From the sequence record OR896824.1: a stretch of 64,000 bases of DNA. One strand, 5' to 3'. The DNA is from Escherichia phage SmurfNell. Below, one piece after another: positions 35,124-44,182 of this stretch; within the stretch, counting starts at the first letter, position 1; every line of letters starts with the position of its first letter. Position numbers and translations under genes: made by a program. The notes under the pieces are model-generated. The model had not been told where the DNA came from and searched no databases. It saw only the letters and a program-made list of their open reading frames with translations.

Positions 35124-35822
35124 ATGAGAATCATTTCTAAATTCGCCGATGTGTATGACTTGCAGAACAGTTTATTCGACCCCGATCGTGTGTGGGAGCG
35201 TAAAACTGAAGAGTTACTGGTAAAAGTAACTGATGATGCAGAAAAGAACATTGTGCATAATCGCCAAGTATTTCGTGATGGTTCACTATCTTTCCGTGGC
35301 GACTTCGAATACTTTGTAAACCCACTGTTTGTTGCAGGTGAAGTTTACTGGTTACATGAGCTATACTGCTGGCATCCAGCATTTAGTTTCAAAACGTTCA
35401 ACCTCGACGCTATGTTCGATAAAATGGAAGAGATGGGATTACATGCTCGCTCTTACCTACTGGATAAGAGTCGTGTGGATGTTCGTGAAACAATGCGTGA
35501 TTTGCTTGTTGAAGCAAAACCTAAAGCAGAACGTATCTTGTCCGAGCTGCGTGTACCGATTGCATATGTGAAAGGTATTAAGAAGAACGATAACGACGAT
35601 GTTCGTAACTTCGTGATTCAGACTAACATTCGTTTCCATCAGTCCGGTATTCCGTGGCAGGAAATTGAAAGTAACTTATACCGTTTACACCAAGTTCTCG
35701 AACAGTATATCTTCGGTGTACTAGGAACTGGTGAGCCTGATATGATTAAAGTATCAGATAAAGACAGGTTAGCAGCACATGGATTTGATACAAAAACTTC
35801 TTTCAGGAATATGGCAAGGTAA
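35124..35822 (+). CDS. hypothetical protein
   Basis: 232 aa ORF. Confidence 0.55.
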   Translation: MRIISKFADVYDLQNSLFDPDRVWERKTEELLVKVTDDAEKNIVHNRQVFRDGSLSFRGDFEYFVNPLFVAGEVYWLHELYCWHPAFSFKTFNLDAMFDKMEEMGLHARSYLLDKSRVDVRETMRDLLVEAKPKAERILSELRVPIAYVKGIKKNDNDDVRNFVIQTNIRFHQSGIPWQEIESNLYRLHQVLEQYIFGVLGTGEPDMIKVSDKDRLAAHGFDTKTSFRNMAR

Positions 35823-36228
35823 GTGGTATATCCTGGGAGCAGGTATAGCGATAGGCATCGGATTCGGTGCTTATCACTTAGTAAATAAGGTAGAAACTCT
35901 AGCAGGTGATCTTGCAGTAGCTACTAAAAAGATCTCTTCTCTAGAGACTTCTCTTAATAATGTGAAAGCTGAGAGCGAACTTCGTGAGACTCGTATGAAT
36001 CAGTATTTCACAATGAATAATGTTTCCCAAGCAGATCTAGACAAGAAAATTAGTCAGCTTGATAAAGCGCTTAGTCGTCAAGACATTATAGCTGCAAAGC
36101 CTGGATTGGTTACATTAATTGCTAAAAAGCAGAGTAAGGAGTTCGAGGAAAGATTAGCATGTTTAACTGGAAACTTGGAGTACTGCTCGCAGCCGCAATC
36201 ACAATCACAGGCTGTGCAGAAGAAATAA
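35779..36228 (+). CDS. i-spanin-like (Rz-like) membrane protein
   Basis: N-terminal TM helix WYILGAGIAIGIGFGAY followed by a coiled-coil periplasmic domain; 3' end overlaps the lipoprotein gene in another frame. Confidence 0.45.
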   Translation: MDLIQKLLSGIWQGKWYILGAGIAIGIGFGAYHLVNKVETLAGDLAVATKKISSLETSLNNVKAESELRETRMNQYFTMNNVSQADLDKKISQLDKALSRQDIIAAKPGLVTLIAKKQSKEFEERLACLTGNLEYCSQPQSQSQAVQKK

Positions 36229-36512
36229 AACCAGAGCCTTCACATGAGTTAAAGCAAGCTCATGTTGACTGGCCCAAAGGACTTCAGCCGTGTAGCTTTG
36301 ATTTCAAATTCGAAAAGAAATTAGCTACAAATGGTGAAGATGGCGTAGTAGTTGTTGTACCATACAAAGATTGGAATGCAAAAGCAAAATGCGAGGAAGC
36401 AGTTTACTCTTACATTTCACGGCTGACTAGTATGGTTTGCTTCTACCGCCAAGATTTACAAGAAAAACGTTGCTTAGTTTACTATCCACCCATTACAAAT
36501 AGGAAAGATTAA
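36159..36512 (+). CDS. o-spanin-like (Rz1-like) lipoprotein
   Basis: Signal peptide with lipobox LLAAAITITGC; start embedded in the preceding gene. Confidence 0.45.
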   Translation: MFNWKLGVLLAAAITITGCAEEIKPEPSHELKQAHVDWPKGLQPCSFDFKFEKKLATNGEDGVVVVVPYKDWNAKAKCEEAVYSYISRLTSMVCFYRQDLQEKRCLVYYPPITNRKD

Positions 36513-37261
36513 TGTCAGTATTAGTCGGTTTACATGGTGAGGCTGGTGCAGGGAAAGATACCGTTGCAAAATTAATGATTGACTGGTGCAATGACACGTA
36601 TCCAACGTGTTTATCCCGTCGTTACAGTTTTGCTAAACCCGTTTACGAACTTGCATCCGTAATCCTCGGGGTAACTCCAGAGTTTCTGGGAGAGCGCAGG
36701 GGAAAAGAGATTAGTCAATGGTTTACAGTGACTCAATCTCAATTGGAGCGAGCTAGAGACGTATGGTTTAAGTACGGTATTGATAAGTTTGAGGACTTCT
36801 CGTACATTTGGCCGATTTTTGAAGGAAAATACCTTGATCCTCAGCAATTGATTGGACAAGAAGATGATGCACTCTATAGTGTGTTTATCTCCCCAAGAAA
36901 GATGCTACAGCTTGTAGGTACTGAGTTAGGAAGGCAGCTGGTGCATGAACGCATTTGGCTCATAATTCTGGAGCAATCCATCGCTAAAGACGACCCAGAC
37001 GTCGCAATAGTTACAGATGTGAGATTCCCTAATGAAGGAGAGTTAATCCGAGAAACCAATCATCTAGATATGGATTCTTTGTTGATAAATGTAGTACCAG
37101 CAGAGCAGGAATACACTATTAAGACAGATCATCCGTCTGAAAAAGGTATCCCAGCTAAATACATAATCCATGAACTGGTGAATCCGTTCATCGGTATGGA
37201 TAACCTTAAACTAGAAGTGTATAACTTCTGTGACTTAGAGCTAGAACCACTAGTTGGATAA
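36512..37261 (+). CDS. deoxynucleoside monophosphate kinase
   Basis: N-terminal P-loop VGLHGEAGAGKDT resembling the T4 gp1-type dNMP kinase motif. Confidence 0.55.
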   Translation: MSVLVGLHGEAGAGKDTVAKLMIDWCNDTYPTCLSRRYSFAKPVYELASVILGVTPEFLGERRGKEISQWFTVTQSQLERARDVWFKYGIDKFEDFSYIWPIFEGKYLDPQQLIGQEDDALYSVFISPRKMLQLVGTELGRQLVHERIWLIILEQSIAKDDPDVAIVTDVRFPNEGELIRETNHLDMDSLLINVVPAEQEYTIKTDHPSEKGIPAKYIIHELVNPFIGMDNLKLEVYNFCDLELEPLVG

Positions 37262-37273
37262 TTAAGGATCACT

Positions 37274-37873
37274 ATGACTAATAAGAAAGAAGAAAAGACT
37301 AACCTGTTCCACTCCGTTCACCAATCTAACGAGTATACTTTTTTCTTTGACGAGGAACTCGGGCCAGCAGATGAGTATCGTGACTTATCTATGATCCTGG
37401 TGCAGGCTAATGAAGGAGATGTCATTAATCTGATGATTAATGGGCCTGGTGGTTATGTTGATACTGCTGCACAGCTATCTAACCTGATCGCTAACTGTCG
37501 TGGAACGGTTATTGGACACCTGCTCGGTCCTAGTGCTTCTGCTTACTGCACAATCTTCCTGTCTTGCCACGGTTGGGTTGTTCATCCACACTCTACGCTT
37601 ATGGGACATACGTTCTCTGGCGGATTCTGTGAGAAGGGTCAAGAAATCAAGAAAGCCTATGAATCTTACAATCAGTTTGTAGAAGATATGATGCTCGATA
37701 TCTACTTCCCGTTCTTCTCCATCGAAGAAATTGAGGATATGGTAAAAGAGAACAAGAATATCTATCTCAACAGCAAGGAAATCAATAAGCGTATTGAGAA
37801 ATTGGCAGCATACCGCGAGGAGCAATTCAGCAAAGCTCAATGTCCTCACCCTGAGGAACATGGAGAAGTGTAA
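37274..37873 (+). CDS. ClpP-like serine protease
   Basis: INGPGG, GPSASAYC (Ser) and MGHTFSGG (His) align with the ClpP INSPGG...QAASMG...MIHQPLGG pattern. Confidence 0.55.
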   Translation: MTNKKEEKTNLFHSVHQSNEYTFFFDEELGPADEYRDLSMILVQANEGDVINLMINGPGGYVDTAAQLSNLIANCRGTVIGHLLGPSASAYCTIFLSCHGWVVHPHSTLMGHTFSGGFCEKGQEIKKAYESYNQFVEDMMLDIYFPFFSIEEIEDMVKENKNIYLNSKEINKRIEKLAAYREEQFSKAQCPHPEEHGEV

Positions 37874-37881
37874 GTAGTTTT

Positions 37882-37912
37882 AAGCCAGAGTTTAACGACT
37901 CTGGCTTTTCTT
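37882..37912 (+). terminator. rho-independent terminator
   Basis: AAGCCAGAG...CTCTGGCTT hairpin followed by TTCTTTTG. Confidence 0.6.
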
Positions 37913-37976
37913 TTGCCTAAAATTCTTCTTGACAACGACAAAATTTTGTGCTCCAGAAGTGATCTTTAAAAACACG

Positions 37977-38005
37977 TTGTAATTTTCCTCTAGAATTAGT
38001 ATAAT
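37977..38005 (+). promoter_or_regulatory. promoter with embedded inverted repeat
   Basis: TTGTAA-17-TATAAT; CCTCTAGA in the spacer is complementary to TTAGAGGAGG at the RBS of the holin gene. Confidence 0.45.
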
Positions 38006-38029
38006 GGTAATGGTTAGAGGAGGTTACAA

Positions 38030-38686
38030 GTGGAAAAGTTTCTACAACTATTAACGGTACTGCTCCAAGAAGCGAAAGATCCAGCATCGCTTCTTAAACG
38101 TCTGCTAACTATCTTAGTTGCTGTCATTATTTTCTTATTTGTTAGTAATACTAGCGAGGTGATGTCGTTCTTAAAGACTTTCTCCACGTCTGCGGTTTTA
38201 CAGGATGTTCAAACCCAAAGGATAGATAACTTTCCTAATATAGCGAGAGAAAAGAGCATGGTTCTTTTCTCCCAGACGGGTGCGGATGCTGTTTTTGTAG
38301 TCAAGTATAAACCCGATGCTATCAATGATTATTCCAACATTATTGCATGGGAAAGCAATGCGCAATTAGATAGGGCTGACTTGGCCGATAAAGCAGTAAA
38401 TAAGACGTCTGAGATGTATAGACGTCACCTAGAAGGTTTTAACTACGCTTCGGATTTAACTGTAAAGATTAATAAATACATGGGGGCAAATATCCCTTCG
38501 TTTAAAAACGTAACATTTAATTATATTTACACGTGTCCGTACTTCAACCTAAACAACATCTATGCTGGATATATTGGTGTTGCTTGGAAGGATAAACCCG
38601 TAGATAATGCCGACTCGGAACAATTTAACGAGTACTTAACAAAGCTCTGTTCACCACAGCAGAGATCATTAGGTAGATCAATATGA
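38030..38686 (+). CDS. holin-like membrane protein
   Basis: GTG start after GAGGAGG RBS; N-terminal TM helix LLTILVAVIIFLFV; stop overlaps the endolysin start. Confidence 0.45.
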   Translation: MEKFLQLLTVLLQEAKDPASLLKRLLTILVAVIIFLFVSNTSEVMSFLKTFSTSAVLQDVQTQRIDNFPNIAREKSMVLFSQTGADAVFVVKYKPDAINDYSNIIAWESNAQLDRADLADKAVNKTSEMYRRHLEGFNYASDLTVKINKYMGANIPSFKNVTFNYIYTCPYFNLNNIYAGYIGVAWKDKPVDNADSEQFNEYLTKLCSPQQRSLGRSI

Positions 38687-39096
38687 GTTTTAAATTTGGT
38701 AAAAATAGTGAAAAACAATTAGCTACTGTTAAGCCTGAGCTACAAAAAGTAGCTCGTAGGGCTTTAGAACTATCTCCGTATGACTTCACAATCGTACAAG
38801 GTATTCGTACAGTAGCACAAAGTGCCCAAAACATTGCTAACGGTACTTCATTCTTGAAAGACCCTAGCAAGAGTAAGCATGTGACTGGAAATGCCCTCGA
38901 TTTCGCACCATATATTAATGGTAAGATTGACTGGAAAGATCTAGAAGCATTTTGGGCAGTTAAGAAGGCTTTTGAACAAGCTGGAAAAGAACTTGGTATC
39001 AAACTTCGTTTTGGTGCTGACTGGAATGCCTCAGGGGATTATCATGACGAAATCGATCGTGGTACCTATGACGGCGGTCATGTAGAATTGGTTTAA
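38683..39096 (+). CDS. endolysin, L-alanyl-D-glutamate peptidase (M15-like)
   Basis: 137 aa; zinc-ligand pattern HVTGNALDF...DGGH typical of M15C peptidases. Confidence 0.75.
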   Translation: MSFKFGKNSEKQLATVKPELQKVARRALELSPYDFTIVQGIRTVAQSAQNIANGTSFLKDPSKSKHVTGNALDFAPYINGKIDWKDLEAFWAVKKAFEQAGKELGIKLRFGADWNASGDYHDEIDRGTYDGGHVELV

Positions 39097-39107
39097 ATAG
39101 TAAGTTA

Positions 39108-39135
39108 AGGCGGGCTTGTCCCGCCTTTTAAAGCA
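39108..39135 (+). terminator. rho-independent terminator
   Basis: AGGCGGG-CTTGT-CCCGCCT hairpin followed by TTTTAAAG. Confidence 0.6.
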
Positions 39136-39171
39136 AAGGGGGCTTTAAAAACTTAATGATAGGAGAAAGCC

Positions 39172-39588
39172 ATGTTTGCAGAACTATTCACCATGATATT
39201 ACTAGGAGTATGGAAAATAAGCCTAGTAGTTTTCATCTTAATGATAATTCTCACTGTTGTCGCACTAGTTACCCAAAATGATACATTAAAGAAAGTCGTT
39301 CATGGGCTAGAGTATATAATTATGGGCACATTCGGCGTTTGCAAATGCAACTGCCAGAGGAATACGAAATATTGTTGGCTTTGGATGGAGTTAGAGAACT
39401 GCATCACAGTAGCCCTGGCTGTCTCATTCGGTATGATTCTTATGGCCCTTACTCTAGCATTGATACCACTAATGTTAGCTGGGGGAGTCACGGCTTATTT
39501 CACCCTTTTCTCCCCTATACTTATGTATTCAATATATCCAATAACTATGTACTTAGTTAGGAAGAGATTCCCACATCAAGCACACTAA
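39172..39588 (+). CDS. polytopic membrane protein
   Basis: 138 aa with three to four predicted TM helices. Confidence 0.5.
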   Translation: MFAELFTMILLGVWKISLVVFILMIILTVVALVTQNDTLKKVVHGLEYIIMGTFGVCKCNCQRNTKYCWLWMELENCITVALAVSFGMILMALTLALIPLMLAGGVTAYFTLFSPILMYSIYPITMYLVRKRFPHQAH

Positions 39589-39602
39589 TATAAAAAAGTA
39601 GT

Positions 39603-39631
39603 TGACTTTCCACTGAAATTTTTATATAATA
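39603..39631 (+). promoter_or_regulatory. early promoter (TTGACT-17-TATAAT)
   Basis: near-consensus sigma70 hexamers. Confidence 0.6.
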
Positions 39632-39663
39632 TTTGTATAAATTGAATCAGAGGAGTTTCACAA

Positions 39664-40074
39664 ATGTCAGATCGTTACTATACTCAGATGGCTAACCATT
39701 ACAATATGGCTCCGTATGAATTGAACATCGCATTACGTGACCTCGATTCACCAGAGCGTGCAAAACTTGAGAAAAAGGCGGGAATTCGTATGTCTAGCAA
39801 GGGCAAGAAACTTACTCGTATTGACTTAAATACCATGCTAATGGAAGAGCTTGGCGTGAATATTGAAGGTCAGAAGTTGCCTCTCAATGTTCTTGAAACG
39901 ATGCTGGATAAAGTCAAAAAGAAAACCTATAAGAAAGTACAAGTACCGGAAGGCAGGCTAAAAGCCCCTTATCAGGCTGCTGTATCTGAGTGCTTAGGTG
40001 CTACCTTAGATCTTAGCACTGCAACTGTTAAAGTGATGAAGGCATTTTTGGAGGCCATTAATAAACATGAGTAA
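39664..40074 (+). CDS. hypothetical protein
   Basis: 136 aa ORF with GAGGAG RBS. Confidence 0.5.
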   Translation: MSDRYYTQMANHYNMAPYELNIALRDLDSPERAKLEKKAGIRMSSKGKKLTRIDLNTMLMEELGVNIEGQKLPLNVLETMLDKVKKKTYKKVQVPEGRLKAPYQAAVSECLGATLDLSTATVKVMKAFLEAINKHE

Positions 40075-40357
40075 ATTAGTATATCTACTGAAGGGATCTA
40101 CCTGCAATCCTTGTAAACTTTTCGAGCCTGTATTCGATAAAGTAGTACAGGACTACAGTCTAGAAGTTCATAAAGAGACTGATAACACAGAACTTATGCA
40201 GAAATTTGGCGTTCGTCAGGTTCCTGTAGTAGTTCTAGCAGATCGTCTCCCTAATGGTCGTGTGGAAGCCAACCACATTCTGATTGGTCGTCAACTTCGT
40301 AAAGAAACTATGCATGACGCAATAAAAAACTTCCTGGAAGATAATCCAGAAGATTAA
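40067..40357 (+). CDS. thioredoxin/glutaredoxin-like protein
   Basis: CNPC redox motif near the N-terminus and VPVVVL beta-strand. Confidence 0.55.
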   Translation: MSKLVYLLKGSTCNPCKLFEPVFDKVVQDYSLEVHKETDNTELMQKFGVRQVPVVVLADRLPNGRVEANHILIGRQLRKETMHDAIKNFLEDNPED

Positions 40358-40364
40358 TAAATCT

Positions 40365-40397
40365 AACCCAGATCTTAGCTGATCTGGGTTTTTTATT
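40365..40397 (+). terminator. rho-independent terminator
   Basis: ACCCAGATC...GATCTGGGT hairpin followed by TTTTTATT. Confidence 0.65.
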
Positions 40398-40399
40398 AC

Positions 40400-40428
40400 T
40401 TGCTTTCTGCTAAAAATTTTGATATAAT
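40400..40428 (+). promoter_or_regulatory. early promoter (TTGCTT-17-TATAAT)
   Basis: consensus hexamers plus ATAAATTGATGAGAGGAG box. Confidence 0.6.
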
Positions 40429-40459
40429 ATATGTATAAATTGATGAGAGGAGTATCACA

Positions 40460-40840
40460 TTGAATTACGCATATCTTATAATACATAACAACGTGGTCTG
40501 TGGTACTCGTGCTGTAGAGATGGGAATCACAGAAGAAAAGTATAACTCTTTGTCTAAATCGGAGCAAGAATACTATGTTGAACAGGCTGCTTGGGAATAT
40601 GCTGAGGCTTATCCCGAAGAACGTGAAGGCCGTGTTACTATTGTTGTTACTTTGGGGCTGGTGGGCTGTGATACCGAAGTTGATACAGATCTAGAAACAC
40701 TTGAAGAATGGGAAGAATTGGATATTGCAGAACAAAATGCTATCATCCGTCAATCTTTCTGGGAAGCAGTAGACTGTCACGTTGTCTTTGAGCCAAATGA
40801 TACAGAAGCTGAAAAACACACTAATTGGATGACTCGATAA
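40460..40840 (+). CDS. acidic hypothetical protein
   Basis: 126 aa ORF with probable TTG start. Confidence 0.4.
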   Translation: MNYAYLIIHNNVVCGTRAVEMGITEEKYNSLSKSEQEYYVEQAAWEYAEAYPEEREGRVTIVVTLGLVGCDTEVDTDLETLEEWEELDIAEQNAIIRQSFWEAVDCHVVFEPNDTEAEKHTNWMTR

Positions 40841-41703
40841 TGAAAAAAGAATTTAACCTGCACGAAATGTTAGTAGTACCAGACGATGTTAACCTGTTCT
40901 TCGTAGGAGATATTCACGGCTGTAATGATATGCTGGAAGATGCTCTTAAACTAGCAGGATATAAAGAAAAGCGTGACTATGTTGTCTGTGTTGGCGACTT
41001 AATTGACCGTGGCCCGCAGAACTTACAGGTTCTAGCCAAATTCTTATATAACCCACGCTTCCGCAGCGTTCGTGGCAACCATGATCAGTTTATGATTGCT
41101 GGTGACTACGCCAACTGGATGTATAATGGTGGAATGTGGGCAATGAATGATCTGGATACCGATACAATTAAAGGTATCGCAGAAGATATGGCAGTTAAAA
41201 TGCCAGTATTCATGACTGTACTCCATCGTGGCAAGAAATACGGTGTTGTTCATGGTGGAATACCATTCCAATATAAAGATGCGGGATTCGATGTACATAC
41301 ACCTAATTGGGACGATATTATTGATCATATCGCTGCAAGTGAAAATGATCATAATGATCATCCTAGTTATTACATTGAGCCATATCTATGGGATCGTGAT
41401 GTAATTCAGGAAATTGGTTTTCATCTGTCTAAGCAAGGTGCAGAGCACCCCTATTTCCAGCGTTATGCAGGATTTAAAGATGAACTGACTGTGGAAGTGC
41501 CAGAAGTTGAAAGTGTAGATTTCGTATTCCATGGTCACACTGGTGTTCCTTACCCAATTCTGTACAAGAACCGTGTTTATCTCGATACTGGCGGTGTTTT
41601 CAACGGGCAGTTGACGGTTGCGCAAGTTAATGATGAAGCCGGTAAAATCATGACATTTACCACAGATAAAAATGATAGCTGTGGTGTACAGAGGATTCTA
41701 TAA
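40840..41703 (+). CDS. serine/threonine protein phosphatase (metallophosphoesterase)
   Basis: GDIHGC, GDLIDRG and GNHD motifs. Confidence 0.8.
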   Translation: MKKEFNLHEMLVVPDDVNLFFVGDIHGCNDMLEDALKLAGYKEKRDYVVCVGDLIDRGPQNLQVLAKFLYNPRFRSVRGNHDQFMIAGDYANWMYNGGMWAMNDLDTDTIKGIAEDMAVKMPVFMTVLHRGKKYGVVHGGIPFQYKDAGFDVHTPNWDDIIDHIAASENDHNDHPSYYIEPYLWDRDVIQEIGFHLSKQGAEHPYFQRYAGFKDELTVEVPEVESVDFVFHGHTGVPYPILYKNRVYLDTGGVFNGQLTVAQVNDEAGKIMTFTTDKNDSCGVQRIL

Positions 41704-42071
41704 TGGAACGTGAAGAACGTTATGTAGTTATAAAGCTATCTGATATTGAGAAAGCCATAGAATTAGGGCATATCACTCAAAGTAACTTTACTACTTTGGA
41801 GCATATCTTGTCCAAACTATGGTATAGTCGAGCACAACGTGGTAAAGAGGATCTTAAAACAGTCGTAGTAGAGCATGATTGGCCAGAGTACGAAGAAGTC
41901 TGGAAGATGCTAGAGAATCGTGTTGAATTTGAACAAGCACGACAGGAAGAGGTTGACAAAGGCTACCAAGAAGCGAAAGAGCACCATGAGGTTTATGATG
42001 AAATATTCAAACTTCGTGGTATTAGTAGTTATTGTCAGGGTTGGAATAAATATGCGGAGGAAGTTCTGTAA
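41703..42071 (+). CDS. hypothetical protein
   Basis: 122 aa ORF. Confidence 0.45.
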   Translation: MEREERYVVIKLSDIEKAIELGHITQSNFTTLEHILSKLWYSRAQRGKEDLKTVVVEHDWPEYEEVWKMLENRVEFEQARQEEVDKGYQEAKEHHEVYDEIFKLRGISSYCQGWNKYAEEVL

Positions 42072-42277
42072 TGAAGAGATTACTACTATTATCAGTACTA
42101 ATACTAGCTGGATGTGATTCCTACGACGATAATATGAGATTTACTGCAGAAGATACAAAACACTTATGTGATGTAGCTGGAGGTGAGCTAGATTATTCCA
42201 GTATTCAAATTGGACTCACAAAAGGTATATTCTACGATAGTTATACTATTACATCCACATGTGTAAGGAATAAATAA
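42071..42277 (+). CDS. small lipoprotein
   Basis: Signal peptide with lipobox LILAGC. Confidence 0.5.
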   Translation: MKRLLLLSVLILAGCDSYDDNMRFTAEDTKHLCDVAGGELDYSSIQIGLTKGIFYDSYTITSTCVRNK

Positions 42278-42861
42278 TGAAAGTTAAATTCTGGAGTGAA
42301 CTCCACTTAGACCACCCAGGGATTCTTCGTTTTCGCCCCTGGTTTAAGAACATGAAAGAGCACGATGAGTATATCCTAGATACTTTGTCCAAGCACATTG
42401 GCAAGCGTACAAAACTTGTGCTGCTAGGAGATAGTGCCGTGGGGCGAGAAGGGTTGGCCAAGTTGAAGTCGGTTATCCACAACGTGCCTAACCAACTAAT
42501 TATGGGAAACCACGATGCTGAGCGTCAGGGTCTGCATATTAAAGATCTTGTAGACGTTTATGATGATATTCAGGCTCTAGGTAAGCAAACAGGTGGTGGC
42601 AAGAAGTTTTGGCTGTCACATTGTCCATTGCACGAAGCAGAACTTCGTGGTAGGCTAAACATTCACGGACATGTGCACACCAATTCTGTACGTGACCAAC
42701 GCTATATCAACGTCTCCTTTGAAATGAGTAAGACACCTATTTCCTTGGAAGATATCGTATCTGGCAAGTTTCAGACGTGGAACAAGATTGTTGATCCAGT
42801 AACTGGTGTTGTATCTGAAATTGATGCTGGCGATTTGGCGATGGGAGTATACGATGTTTGA
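42277..42861 (+). CDS. calcineurin-like metallophosphoesterase
   Basis: LVLLGDS, MGNHD and GHVH motifs. Confidence 0.55.
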   Translation: MKVKFWSELHLDHPGILRFRPWFKNMKEHDEYILDTLSKHIGKRTKLVLLGDSAVGREGLAKLKSVIHNVPNQLIMGNHDAERQGLHIKDLVDVYDDIQALGKQTGGGKKFWLSHCPLHEAELRGRLNIHGHVHTNSVRDQRYINVSFEMSKTPISLEDIVSGKFQTWNKIVDPVTGVVSEIDAGDLAMGVYDV

Positions 42862-42963
42862 TTTTGATGGAATGACTCGTGATATAGTTGTAGCAGCAGC
42901 AATAATTGTTGTTGTTTCTTTCTTACTTGGCGTAGGAATAGGTATTTTATTATAAAAATTCAG

Positions 42964-42992
42964 TTGCTAAAATACCTTAATTTCTGTATAAT
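42964..42992 (+). promoter_or_regulatory. early promoter (TTGCTA-17-TATAAT)
   Basis: consensus hexamers plus ATAAATTGATGAGAAGGAA box. Confidence 0.6.
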
Positions 42993-43022
42993 TACTTTAT
43001 AAATTGATGAGAAGGAATCAAA

Positions 43023-43454
43023 ATGCAAAAGATTGATAAAGCACTTTTAATCGCAACAGCAGATAAGTTTGAGCAAGTTAAAGCTACTTTTAAGGCAGTC
43101 TTTCAGTCCTATGTTCAAGACAAATCTAACCCTATTTCTGAGCGTTTGATGATGTGGGAATGTTTTGCTTGCAATGCTCTGCTAATTTCCGATTATAATG
43201 GAGAAGTATCTGAGGAATTGCATGAGATCTTTATTAATGAGGATACTCCACGCTATCAGTTAGTGAACTTCCAAGATCTAGCTGAGCAAGTTATTCCTGA
43301 TGATCTTTGGGACAAGTATTACGGTGATCCTGAAGAAGATGGTATGGAACCTGAGAAGTGCATCGAACTGATCTGTAAGGATCACATTGAAATTGCTGAG
43401 AAATTTGAGCTAGTATTTGCTTCTGAGTTCTCAGGTTTCGTTAACGATTGGTAA
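43023..43454 (+). CDS. hypothetical protein
   Basis: 143 aa ORF. Confidence 0.5.
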   Translation: MQKIDKALLIATADKFEQVKATFKAVFQSYVQDKSNPISERLMMWECFACNALLISDYNGEVSEELHEIFINEDTPRYQLVNFQDLAEQVIPDDLWDKYYGDPEEDGMEPEKCIELICKDHIEIAEKFELVFASEFSGFVNDW

Positions 43455-43471
43455 GTAAATAAAAAATTCAG

Positions 43472-43500
43472 TTGCTTCTAGCTTTAAAATTCTGTATAAT
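43472..43500 (+). promoter_or_regulatory. early promoter (TTGCTT-17-TATAAT)
   Basis: consensus hexamers plus ATAAATTAATGAGAGAGG box. Confidence 0.6.
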
Positions 43501-43532
43501 AAGTTCATAAATTAATGAGAGAGGAAATTCTA

Positions 43533-43784
43533 ATGGAAAACATGACTAAAACTGAAATGGCTAACGTTCTGGCAATTCTCCTCGATATGCAGGGTTTTGA
43601 AGGTCAGCTCATGAAGATGTCTATTCCGGCAATGAAAAAGATGTATGATTCTCTGAACAAGAATGCTATGGCATTCAACCTTGCGAAACAAGAAGCACGT
43701 TTTGCGAAAGAGCATCAGGCAACTGCCGAACGTCGTGCAGCATCTTTTGAGCGTGAAGTTAAGCAACTGAAAGGTAAGAAATAA
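43533..43784 (+). CDS. hypothetical protein
   Basis: ATG at 43533 (track ORF begins 43515). Confidence 0.45.
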   Translation: MENMTKTEMANVLAILLDMQGFEGQLMKMSIPAMKKMYDSLNKNAMAFNLAKQEARFAKEHQATAERRAASFEREVKQLKGKK

Positions 43785-44182
43785 TGACTAACGGAAAATT
43801 CTTACTTGTACTAGGGCTGAATGCCCTAGTCTCCCTAGCTATCACACTCGGTGTTAGTGACTTTATGCTTAATCAGCATGAGAAGAAAGAAGCTCTTGAA
43901 CAAGTATACATTAGCCCGGAAGTCAAAGAACAAGCAAAACGTAATAAAATGCTCGCAGAAGCAAACCTTGTGCTTAATCAAGCAGAGTTTGATATAGCTC
44001 TCTCAAAATATTCCGGTGCTAAAGTAAAAGATGCACACGTTATGAAAGACTTGGAAGAAATAAAGCATCAAATTGAAGAGGCCAAAAGATTTTGTAAATC
44101 AATTGACCAATCTTTAGAAAAAATCACGTTTTATAGAACTATAAGCCCATATATTGAATGTGGCAACGGAGTATTTAAATGA
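43784..44182 (+). CDS. membrane-anchored hypothetical protein
   Basis: N-terminal TM helix FLLVLGLNALVSLAITLGV. Confidence 0.45.
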   Translation: MTNGKFLLVLGLNALVSLAITLGVSDFMLNQHEKKEALEQVYISPEVKEQAKRNKMLAEANLVLNQAEFDIALSKYSGAKVKDAHVMKDLEEIKHQIEEAKRFCKSIDQSLEKITFYRTISPYIECGNGVFK

